Shown here: positions 1 through 7,951 of the stretch, piece after piece
How the letters are laid out: every line of letters starts with the position of its first letter
Numbering within the stretch: the first letter of the stretch is position 1
DNA from: Methylomonas sp.
GTDB taxonomy: Bacteria > Pseudomonadota > Gammaproteobacteria > Methylococcales > Methylomonadaceae
Assembly (NCBI GenBank): GCA_026990815.1
Contig: JALXCS010000322.1
Location: forward strand, 1-40,286
Reading direction: 5' to 3'
DNA length: 40,286 nt
The notes under the pieces: model-generated
Database searches by the model: none
Seen by the model: the letters and a program-made list of their open reading frames with translations, nothing else
What the model was told of the DNA's origin: nothing
Made by a program: the position numbers and the translations under genes

Positions 1-124
1 CACCACACAAGCGATTGAATCCTTCAACTTCGCGATCCGGATTTTCCATGACCCGAAAATTTCGGGGATTACGATTGTGATCAAATATAACTTCCTGATA
101 CAAATCGCGTAATTCATCAAACAT
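1..124 (-). CDS. SUF-system NifU/IscU-like protein (SufU-type), N-terminal fragment running off the window
   Basis: Minus-strand translation from ATG at 124-122 gives MFDELRDLYQEVIFDHNRNPRNFRVMENPDREVEGFNRLCG. The LYQEVI.DH..NPRN start and the first conserved Cys (xxCG) are typical of SufU/IscU-type proteins. The start overlaps the sufS stop by 1 nt (TGATG). It lies last in the suf operon. Confidence 0.6.
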   Translation of the reverse strand, partial: MFDELRDLYQEVIFDHNRNPRNFRVMENPDREVEGFNRLCG

Positions 125-1353
125 CAGCCAAAAACCTCGATCAATTGGTTTATTCCTGTCATTAAGGTATCAATTTCCTGCTTAGTATTGTACATGGCAA
201 AAGAGGCGCGTGCGGTCGCCGGCACCTGAAAAAAATCCATCACTGGCATCGCACAGTGATGCCCTGCCCTGACCGCTATGCCCAAACTATCCAACATGGT
301 ACCAATATCATGAGGATGGATTTTATCCAACACGAAAGAAAGAATGGCCCCTTTTTGAGCAGCTTCCCCAATAATCCTTAAACACTTAATCTGCTTTGCT
401 TTTTCTGTTGCATAGCTCAGTAATTCGGCTTCATACGCAGCAATTTCTGCCATGCCAATCTCAGATACATAATCCAAAGCTGCACCCAAACCCACTGTAT
501 CTGCAATACTTGGAGTTCCTGCCTCAAATTTATAAGGCACAGCATTATATTCGGTTTCTTCGAAAGTTACCTTTCGAATCATATCACCGCCACCCTGATA
601 AGGTGGCATGGCTTCAAGCAGTTCTTGCTTGCCATAAAGCACGCCTATTCCCGATGGCGCATAAAGCTTATGCCCTGAAAAAACGTAAAAATCACAACCC
701 AGCACCTGTACATCAACAGACATGTGGGGAATGGCTTGCGCACCATCCAGTAAAACTTTGATTCCTTTATCATGTGCTGCTGAAATAATTTTTCCGACAG
801 GATTCACCGTCCCTAAAGCATTGGACATGTGAACAACTGAAACCAGCTTGGTTTTATCAGTCAATAGCTCCATAAATTGCTCAAGGATCAATTCGCCTTG
901 CAAATTGATAGGAGCAACCTTTAATTTTGCACCCGTCTCTTGGCAAAGCATCTGCCACGGAACAATATTGGAATGATGCTCCATTCCGGTAATGAGAATT
1001 TCATCACCTGCTTTCAGATTGGCTTTACCAAAGGTTTGCGCAACCAAATTAATGCCTTCTGTTGTGCCGCGAACAAAAACAATTTCTTTTTGGCTTTCGG
1101 CATTGATAAAGGCTTTGACTTTTTCCCGCGCACCTTCATAGGCCGCAGTAGCACGTTCGCTCAGGGTATGCACTCCGCGATGAACATTGGAATAATCACG
1201 AGTGTACATATTGACGATACTGTCAATCACCACCTGTGGCTTTTGACACGTTGCGGCATTATCCAGATAAACTAATGGCCGATTACGAATTTCCTGCCTT
1301 AAAATCGGAAAATCAGCGCGAATTTTTTCAACATCAAAACTCATAACACCCAT
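124..1353 (-). CDS. sufS: Cysteine desulfurase, SufS (group II aminotransferase class V)
   Basis: 409 aa. Contains FSGHKLY (PLP-Lys region) and RAGHHCAMPV (catalytic Cys loop typical of SufS/CsdA). Sits directly downstream of sufBCD. Confidence 0.9.
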   Translation of the reverse strand: MGVMSFDVEKIRADFPILRQEIRNRPLVYLDNAATCQKPQVVIDSIVNMYTRDYSNVHRGVHTLSERATAAYEGAREKVKAFINAESQKEIVFVRGTTEGINLVAQTFGKANLKAGDEILITGMEHHSNIVPWQMLCQETGAKLKVAPINLQGELILEQFMELLTDKTKLVSVVHMSNALGTVNPVGKIISAAHDKGIKVLLDGAQAIPHMSVDVQVLGCDFYVFSGHKLYAPSGIGVLYGKQELLEAMPPYQGGGDMIRKVTFEETEYNAVPYKFEAGTPSIADTVGLGAALDYVSEIGMAEIAAYEAELLSYATEKAKQIKCLRIIGEAAQKGAILSFVLDKIHPHDIGTMLDSLGIAVRAGHHCAMPVMDFFQVPATARASFAMYNTKQEIDTLMTGINQLIEVFG

Positions 1354-2666
1354 TCCTTGCGCATTTCCATTTGTGGAAAATGGGTTAACAACTGCTCCAG
1401 TACCAATTTCCGAAATTGATTTTGTTTAATTTTATCAACCATCTCATTGGCAAAGGCAAAAGTAAGCATATTTTCAGCAGCTTGTTTATCAATACAGCGC
1501 GTCTGTAAATAAAAAATGGATGTTTCATCAAGCTGTCCAACTGTCACGCCATGCGCACATTTCACATCATCGGCATAAATTTCCAGTTGCGGTTTGGTAT
1601 CAGCTTCAGCATCTTCCGACAGTAATAAGTTTCGATTATTCATTTCTGAGTCGGTTTTTTGGGCATCTTTGTGAACAATCACTCGTCCCTGGAAAATACC
1701 GCGCGCGCGTTGATCCAGAATGCCTTTATAAGTCTCACGGCTAATGGCGTCTGGGAGACGATGATGAATGCGGGTGTGGTTATCCAGGACTTGTTTTTTT
1801 CGCCCCAGATATAAGCCGTTCAACTCACATTCGGAAGCCTGGCCTAAATCAGTATGGACTTCATTTCGTGATGTTTGGCCACCGAAAGAAAAACTCTCAT
1901 GGATAAAGTGGGCTTGCTTTTCCTGTTTAACGTATGTTCCACTATAATGCAGCGCTTTTCCATTCTCATTTTGCAATTTGCAAAAACTAACCTGGGCATT
2001 TTTCCCAATGAAAATTTCATTCACAGCTGTTGTTAAATAAGCATCTGTGGTTAGCGAAACATAACTCTCCAGCAAATCAGCCCGCGCATTCTCTCCGACA
2101 ACCGCAATATTCCGGGTTGCAGCCAGGACATCAGAATCAGTCGCCACATGAATAATATGCAAAGGCTTGTCCAGCTGAGTATTTTCCGGTAATTTCAGAA
2201 CCCAGCCATCGGTAAACCATGCGGTATTAAAATGAATAAAACCATGATCTTCATTTTCTGTTGCTTTGGCAAAATATTCGGAGACTTGTTCAGGAAATTG
2301 CTGCAAAGCCTTTTTCATACTGCACAAAAATATATTTTCTGGCAGCTCTGAAATATCAGAAAGCTGAGTAGAAAATCGACCATTAAGAAAAACCAGATTA
2401 AAACAATCATCTACGAAATAAGAAACAACTGCGGTTCTATCAACTTGATCTGTTGATTCAACAGGCTTTGGTAAAAAAACTTTTTTCTCAACTTGTGAAA
2501 AATTGATGTAGCGCCATTCTTCGTCTCTTGAAGAAGGAAAACCCAGCTCGGAAAACCTGGCCAATGCAACTTTTCTATGCTGATTCAACCACGGCAAATT
2601 CTGTCCAGGGAATTCCTCATGGAGTTCTTGATATTCAGTAAAATACTGATTTCGTTGAGCTGCCAT
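1341..2666 (-). CDS. sufD: Fe-S cluster assembly protein SufD
   Basis: 441 aa, positioned between sufC and sufS. The C-terminal beta-helix region resembles SufB (ADDVKCAHGVTVGQLDE...FYLQTRCI). It overlaps both neighbours. Confidence 0.85.
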   Translation of the reverse strand: MAAQRNQYFTEYQELHEEFPGQNLPWLNQHRKVALARFSELGFPSSRDEEWRYINFSQVEKKVFLPKPVESTDQVDRTAVVSYFVDDCFNLVFLNGRFSTQLSDISELPENIFLCSMKKALQQFPEQVSEYFAKATENEDHGFIHFNTAWFTDGWVLKLPENTQLDKPLHIIHVATDSDVLAATRNIAVVGENARADLLESYVSLTTDAYLTTAVNEIFIGKNAQVSFCKLQNENGKALHYSGTYVKQEKQAHFIHESFSFGGQTSRNEVHTDLGQASECELNGLYLGRKKQVLDNHTRIHHRLPDAISRETYKGILDQRARGIFQGRVIVHKDAQKTDSEMNNRNLLLSEDAEADTKPQLEIYADDVKCAHGVTVGQLDETSIFYLQTRCIDKQAAENMLTFAFANEMVDKIKQNQFRKLVLEQLLTHFPQMEMRKEWVL

Positions 2667-3418
2667 TATGCTGCCGCCTGTTCTTCCAACCAGCTATAGC
2701 CTTTCTTTTCCAATTCCAGAGCAAGCTCAGAACCACCCGACTTGACAATTTTTCCATCAGCCAACACATGCACATAATCAGGTTTAATATAATCCAACAG
2801 CCTTTGATAATGGGTGATCATGATAAAAGAACGCTCTGCTGATCGTAATGAATTTACGCCATTTGCAACAACTTTTAAGGCATCAATATCAAGCCCTGAG
2901 TCAGTCTCATCAAGAATACACAATTTGGGCTCCAATACCGCCATTTGCAAAATCTCATTACGCTTTTTCTCGCCCCCGGAAAAACCTTGATTTACTGAGC
3001 GATAAAGAAACTCTTGATCCATTTCCACCAAGGCAGTCTTTTGCTTAATAATTTTAAGGAAATCCATGGCATCAACTTCATCCAGCCCATGATATTTACG
3101 AATAGCGTTAAGAGCAGCTTTCAACAAATAAATATTGCTGACACCAGGAATTTCAACTGGGTACTGAAATGCTAAAAACACACCTTCCCTAGCCCGAATT
3201 TCGGGTTCCATGTCTAAAAGGTCTTTGCCTAAATAAGTGATACTCCCTTGCGTCACAGTATAGCCAGGCTTCCCTGCTAAAATATGCGACAAGGTGCTTT
3301 TTCCCGACCCGTTAGGACCCATAATGGCATGAACCTCTCCTGACTTAACTTCGAGGTCAATACCTTTCAGTATTAATTTATCATCAATACTGACATGAAG
3401 ATTTTCAATCGTTAACAT
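2666..3418 (-). CDS. sufC: Fe-S cluster assembly ATPase SufC
   Basis: 250 aa. Walker [13 protein letters not shown] signature FSGGEKKR, Walker [13 protein letters not shown]. Canonical SufC length and position. Confidence 0.95.
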   Translation of the reverse strand: MLTIENLHVSIDDKLILKGIDLEVKSGEVHAIMGPNGSGKSTLSHILAGKPGYTVTQGSITYLGKDLLDMEPEIRAREGVFLAFQYPVEIPGVSNIYLLKAALNAIRKYHGLDEVDAMDFLKIIKQKTALVEMDQEFLYRSVNQGFSGGEKKRNEILQMAVLEPKLCILDETDSGLDIDALKVVANGVNSLRSAERSFIMITHYQRLLDYIKPDYVHVLADGKIVKSGGSELALELEKKGYSWLEEQAAA

Positions 3419-3465
3419 ACTTGATTTCCTGATTTTTTAAATAAATTGGTATTGGCTGGGTTGTT

Positions 3466-4920
3466 TCAGCCTACAGACCCTTCAAGACTAATTCCTAATA
3501 GCGCTTGGGCTTCAACGGCAAATTCCATTGGCAATTCCTTGAATACTTCTTTGCAAAAACCATTGACAATCATGGACACTGCATCCTCAGGAGAAAGTCC
3601 ACGCTGTTGGCAAAAAAACAACTGATCTTCGCTGATTTTAGAAGTTGTCGCTTCATGTTCCACCTGAGCGGAAGGCTGTTTGATTTCAATATAGGGAAAC
3701 GTATGCGCTCCACACCTGTCACCCACCAACAAGGAGTCACATTGTGTATAATTTCTAGCGTTTTTGGCGCTTTTCAGTACTTTTACCAAGCCGCGGTATG
3801 TATTTTGTGCTTTACCGGCTGAAATACCTTTAGAAATAATCGTACTGGAAGTATTTTCCCCAATATGAATCATCTTGGTACCGGTATCTGCTTGCTGATA
3901 ATTATTGGTTAACGCCACAGAATAGAATTCTCCAATGGAATTATTGCCTCTCAAAATGCAACTTGGATATTTCCAGGTAATGGCCGATCCAGTTTCTACC
4001 TGGGTCCAGGATACTTTGGAATTGTCACCGCGACAGTCTGCCCGTTTGGTAACAAAATTATAGATACCACCTTTGCCAGTTTTGTCTCCCGGATACCAGT
4101 TTTGTACGGTTGAATATTTTATTTCTGCATTTTCAAGTGCAATTAGTTCAACAACCGCAGCATGCAGTTGATTTTCATCACGCATAGGCGCTGTACAGCC
4201 TTCCAGATAACTAACGTGACTGCCCTCATCGGCAATAATCAAGGTACGCTCAAACTGCCCGGTATTGGCCGCATTAATTCTGAAATAAGTGGAAAGCTCC
4301 ATTGGGCAACGCACACCCTCTGGAATATAAACAAAAGATCCATCGGAAAACACTGCCGCATTCAGGGCAGCAAAAAAATTATCCGTATGAGGTACAACTG
4401 ATCCTAAATATTGTTCTACTAATTCTGGATATTCTTGCAGTGCTTCTGACATGGGACAAAAAATAACTCCTGCCTCCTTCAGTTTACCTTTAAAAGTTGT
4501 AGCGACAGAAACACTGTCAAAAACGGCATCAACTGCAACCCCTGCCAACCGCTCCTGCTCATCCAATGGAATACCTAGCTTTTTGTAAGTATCAAGTAAC
4601 TCTGGATCAACTTCATCCAGACTTTTTGGCCCATCTTCCTTTTTTTTCGGAGCTGAATAATAGCTGATTGCCTGATAATCAATTGGTTTGAATTTTACGA
4701 AAGCCCATTCCGGTGTTTTCATGGTCATCCAGTGTCGCAATGCTTTTAGCCGGTACTCCAGCATAAACGCAGGTTCTTTTTTAATCGCAGATAATTTTCT
4801 AACTACCACCTCATCCAAACCGGGAGCAAAACTTTCAGTTTCAAGATCTGTAACAAAACCTTGCTTGTAATTCTTACCGATCAGGTTTTCAATTTGTTGT
4901 GCACTTGTTGACATAAACAA
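3466..4920 (-). CDS. sufB: Fe-S cluster assembly scaffold SufB
   Basis: 484 aa. Conserved SufB blocks are present: [30 protein letters not shown] and [22 protein letters not shown]. First structural gene after the Rrf2 regulator. Confidence 0.95.
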   Translation of the reverse strand: MFMSTSAQQIENLIGKNYKQGFVTDLETESFAPGLDEVVVRKLSAIKKEPAFMLEYRLKALRHWMTMKTPEWAFVKFKPIDYQAISYYSAPKKKEDGPKSLDEVDPELLDTYKKLGIPLDEQERLAGVAVDAVFDSVSVATTFKGKLKEAGVIFCPMSEALQEYPELVEQYLGSVVPHTDNFFAALNAAVFSDGSFVYIPEGVRCPMELSTYFRINAANTGQFERTLIIADEGSHVSYLEGCTAPMRDENQLHAAVVELIALENAEIKYSTVQNWYPGDKTGKGGIYNFVTKRADCRGDNSKVSWTQVETGSAITWKYPSCILRGNNSIGEFYSVALTNNYQQADTGTKMIHIGENTSSTIISKGISAGKAQNTYRGLVKVLKSAKNARNYTQCDSLLVGDRCGAHTFPYIEIKQPSAQVEHEATTSKISEDQLFFCQQRGLSPEDAVSMIVNGFCKEVFKELPMEFAVEAQALLGISLEGSVG

Positions 4921-4937
4921 CTCTTAATTCAAATATT

Positions 4938-5381
4938 TCAATATAAACTTGTAACAGGAATACAAATTTCTTTAGGCGATTTGACCGGCAAAATTAAATC
5001 TGCCAAGGTAACCGACTCTAGTGCATTTTGCACAGTCTTGTTGATCAAATCCCAGTTACCTTGAATTTCACATCCAGTAGCTTGCTCGCAACTATGATGC
5101 GAAGCACTACATTCAGTTAATGCAATTGGTCCTTCAAGTGCATAAATGACAGCTGCAACAGAAATTTTTTCAGGTGAACGAGCCAATTTATAACCTCCTT
5201 TAGCGCCACGCACTGAAACTAAAACCTTTGCCCTAACAAGCAACTTAAGAATTTTGCTTACTGTAGGCAAAGCTATTCCTGTTTCTTCAGCGATACCAGT
5301 TGCCGCATGGACGCCACTATTATTTTTGGCTATAAAACTCAAAATTACCGTTGCATAGTCTGTCAATTTACTTAATCGCAT
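4938..5381 (-). CDS. Rrf2-family transcriptional regulator (IscR/SufR-like), probable Fe-S sensing
   Basis: 147 aa. N-terminal winged helix (MRLSKLTDYA...LPTVSKILK.L). Cys cluster C-x6-C-x5-C (CSASHHSCEQATGC) sits at the position of the IscR cluster ligands. It heads the suf operon. Confidence 0.85.
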   Translation of the reverse strand: MRLSKLTDYATVILSFIAKNNSGVHAATGIAEETGIALPTVSKILKLLVRAKVLVSVRGAKGGYKLARSPEKISVAAVIYALEGPIALTECSASHHSCEQATGCEIQGNWDLINKTVQNALESVTLADLILPVKSPKEICIPVTSLY

Positions 5382-5400
5382 CTATTTGCCTCATTTAACA

Positions 5401-5417
5401 AGGACTATTTTAGTCCT
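5401..5417. promoter_or_regulatory. Perfect palindrome AGGACTA-TTT-TAGTCCT, candidate Rrf2/IscR-type operator
   Basis: 7-bp arms with a 3-bp spacer, 20 nt upstream of the Rrf2 start. The core GACTA-TTT-TAGTC fits the core of the published IscR type-1 site (GACTR-WWW-YAGTC). The flanks do not fit. Confidence 0.45.
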
Positions 5418-5422
5418 ATTTA

Positions 5423-5451
5423 ATTACATAGTAAAGCAGTTGGAAATTCAA
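5423..5451 (-). promoter_or_regulatory. Candidate sigma70 promoter of the Rrf2-suf operon
   Basis: On the minus strand: TTGAAT (5451-5446), 17-nt spacer, TGTAAT (5428-5423). The palindrome at 5401-5417 would cover the region just downstream of the start site. Found by eye only. Confidence 0.3.
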
Positions 5452-5836
5452 TAATAATGTATTCATTTAGAAAAAATGCTTTTCAACCCATTTGGATGGC
5501 TAGTATCCATCACACTATACAAAATAAAATATCATATATTTCATATACTTAATTAAAATGCTTGTTGATATTGTACTTAAGGCCAATATTATCTTTATCA
5601 ATAAAGTAATAAATTAGCCTCACACGACGAAGGGAGATTTGAAGAAATTTCAAAATTGATCGTGAATGATTCACTTCGAAACGTCATCAGTATAACGATT
5701 TATTGTTTGCTATTGACTGAGCGGGATGACCGTTAACAACGGAGCTTGTTATTTTATGAAATGGTGAATCACTGCTCAAGGGATAGTAGGATTTTTTATG
5801 AAATTTTTTTTAATTGATGCAAATTGAGGTGATGTG

Positions 5837-6421
5837 ATGCTTATAACCCAACTCCTAAATCAAACAATATTCAAAATAGTCTTGTGCTTTTCTCTTGCAA
5901 TGGGAAGCTTTGGTTTTTTCTCTTCTGCTTATGCTACTGATGTTGAGTTTTCGATCAATAACGAAAATCCATTTACCTTAAATTTAAATGCTCAGGATAT
6001 TAATGATGAATTCTATATTGATTTTACAAACAGCCTGAGTGGACCCACTTATTTAGAAAAACTGATTTTAAGATGGGATCAAGTTTCGATTGACACGTCA
6101 GATATAACCCCATATGTTGATTACATAGCATATCCAAACGGCTCAGCAAACCTGACTTCTGAAATGGGTAACGACTATTATCTGCTTGATGTGGATTTTT
6201 CTAGCAATATTGGAAGTAAGATTGGTTCTGCCAGCGTAGGAATAGCACTTGATTGGTATAACTTCAATCCGAACAATGATTTCACTATAACTGTTTGCAC
6301 AAACTCTTCTGCCTGTGCTGCCCCTGTTACAAACCCTGTCCCCGTCCCCGCAGCAGCATGGTTATTCGGTACCGGGATAATGGGCTTAGTTGGCTTCTCC
6401 CGCAGAAAGATTTCTGGCTAA
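5837..6421 (+). CDS. Secreted protein with C-terminal VPLPA-CTERM / PEP-CTERM-like sorting domain
   Basis: Signal peptide ends ...FFSSAYA/TD. The C-terminus PVPVPAAAWLFGTGIMGLVGFSRRKISG has the expected layout: VP.PA motif, hydrophobic helix, basic cluster. GAGGTG RBS at 5826-5831. The ATG at 5837 is preferred over the GTG at 5834. Confidence 0.7.
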   Translation: MLITQLLNQTIFKIVLCFSLAMGSFGFFSSAYATDVEFSINNENPFTLNLNAQDINDEFYIDFTNSLSGPTYLEKLILRWDQVSIDTSDITPYVDYIAYPNGSANLTSEMGNDYYLLDVDFSSNIGSKIGSASVGIALDWYNFNPNNDFTITVCTNSSACAAPVTNPVPVPAAAWLFGTGIMGLVGFSRRKISG

Positions 6422-6454
6422 TTTATTTAAATAATTTAACTTTCTCGATCTGAT

Positions 6455-6488
6455 AAATGAGTGATTCTCAAGTTAGGATCACTCATTT
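6455..6488. terminator. Bidirectional rho-independent terminator-like hairpin
   Basis: AAATGAGTGAT (6455-6465) pairs perfectly with ATCACTCATTT (6478-6488) across a 12-nt loop. T/A runs flank it on both sides. It lies between two convergent genes. Confidence 0.6.
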
Positions 6489-6499
6489 TTGTATTTCCC

Positions 6500-7309
6500 T
6501 TATTCTTCCAAAACCCTGAAAAGTACTTCTTTGACACTGGCTGGATCAAAAGGCTTATCGAAAATGGCCGAAACTCCCGCCTGTTGAATACTGTTTATCC
6601 TTGCTTCGTCTCTTTCGCTAGTAACCATAAGTATGGGAATAAACGGATTATGTAATTCATTACGAATATACTCAATGAGTTCTCTGCCATCCATTTCAGG
6701 CATATTGTAATCTGTAACAATCACATCAAATTGATCTGGCGAGGCATTAAAAACTTCCACAGCCTGTTTGCCATCATTTGCAGTGGTAATATCTTCAATT
6801 CCGAGATTGTTTAATATTCTAGTGACATGCTTTTGGGCCAACTTGCTATCGTCAACCACCAAAACTCGTAAGCTCTCTACATCATAACTTTCAAGAGTAA
6901 TTTCTTCTGGATCTATGATTTCCACAGTTGCTTTCAAGGCCCTGTGAAGATCGTTATGGGAAAAAGGTTTGGGTAAAATAGCAACCACTCCGGCTTGTCG
7001 AATAGGATCAAGGGTATTAAAATTTGTTTCGCTTGAAATCAACATAAAAGGGACATCGTCGAGCCCTTCAGTCTGCCTGATTTTCAAAATCAATTCAGAC
7101 GCAGTCATATCTGGTAAATACAAACTGCTGATAATTAAATCCGGTTTATATTTGTCCAGGATTCCTAGTGCTTCTGCACCTGAAACAATGCCCTCTACAT
7201 TGCCAACACCTTCTTCATGTAAATGTTTCATGATCACTTTCAGTTGAGTAGAAGATGGCTCGATTAACAAAATAGACAAGTCAGAAATATCTATTGTAGA
7301 CATATCCAA
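6500..7309 (-). CDS. Stand-alone tandem receiver protein (degenerate REC followed by canonical REC, no output domain)
   Basis: 269 aa. REC2 has VVDDS, VIVTDYNMPEMDG, MVTS and DKPF. REC1 has LIEPSS and DLIISSLYLPDM, so the phospho-acceptor position is Ser, but it retains LISS and PKPF. Confidence 0.85.
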   Translation of the reverse strand: MDMSTIDISDLSILLIEPSSTQLKVIMKHLHEEGVGNVEGIVSGAEALGILDKYKPDLIISSLYLPDMTASELILKIRQTEGLDDVPFMLISSETNFNTLDPIRQAGVVAILPKPFSHNDLHRALKATVEIIDPEEITLESYDVESLRVLVVDDSKLAQKHVTRILNNLGIEDITTANDGKQAVEVFNASPDQFDVIVTDYNMPEMDGRELIEYIRNELHNPFIPILMVTSERDEARINSIQQAGVSAIFDKPFDPASVKEVLFRVLEE

Positions 7310-7426
7310 TCCTTAAAAAATTAAAAACTGTTTACCCAAAAAATGGAACAACTTTGAAAACTATCTTTTTTAAGAATAGAAGATATATCCAAAAAAACCT
7401 GAAATTTGACTGCTAATTATTCAGCT

Positions 7427-7951
7427 TTAATCCTTGAAAGCATTGATAAACCCAGTTCTGTTCGGCATTTCGACCTGGGGTAGTGTGGTTTTATTAATAA
7501 TCTGATCTTTTCCAATAATGCCATTGAGAACAAGCAGGTACGCCGTTAAGGCATAAACCTCATCATTATTTAAACTGCCAGGCGTATGCAAAGGCATAGA
7601 ACGACGAATGAAATCAAAAATAGTAGTTGCATAGGGCCAATAGTTACCAATAACCTTATCTGGAGGATCGTCAGTTAAAGCATGTTGAGCCCCAGCAAGT
7701 TCATCGGCACTCCCTCCAGTTCCTGCTACGCCATGACAAGACAGACACTGTTGCTGATAAATTTTTGCACCTTTTTTTGCATTTCCTGCTCCTTCAGGCA
7801 AACCCTCCCCATTTGGAAAAACATCACGATTCCATCTATTAATAACAACATTGCTAACTGATTTGCCAAGATTAGGTCCTTGAAGAACTGTTTCTGCATG
7901 GACATCATTAATCATAAAAAAAATTAACAAGAACAAACTACGCATAAACAT
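7427..7951 (-). CDS. Monohaem c-type cytochrome, probable electron acceptor subunit of sulfite dehydrogenase (SorB-like)
   Basis: 174 aa with a signal peptide. Single CLSCHG haem-binding motif and a distal Met in RRSMP. It overlaps the stop of the upstream Mo-enzyme gene. The alternative start at 7945 is equally possible. Confidence 0.7.
   Translation of the reverse strand: MFMRSLFLLIFFMINDVHAETVLQGPNLGKSVSNVVINRWNRDVFPNGEGLPEGAGNAKKGAKIYQQQCLSCHGVAGTGGSADELAGAQHALTDDPPDKVIGNYWPYATTIFDFIRRSMPLHTPGSLNNDEVYALTAYLLVLNGIIGKDQIINKTTLPQVEMPNRTGFINAFKD

Noticed and set aside
396-1275. Antisense ORFs of 60-120 aa inside sufS. Similar shadow ORFs occur inside sufB/C/D, the MCP gene, uvrA, the mtd genes, edd, eda, cimA and elsewhere in the ORF track.
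   Set aside because: Each is fully embedded opposite or out of frame to a gene with strong family signatures. They have low-complexity or odd composition and no conserved motifs. They are typical shadow ORFs.
5762-5777. Sigma-54-like element TGGTGAATCACTGC upstream of the PEP-CTERM-type gene. PEP-CTERM genes are often controlled by the sigma-54-dependent PrsK/PrsR system.
   Set aside because: The spacing between the GG and GC dinucleotides is 9 nt rather than the required 10, and the flanking bases do not match TGGCAC-N5-TTGC.
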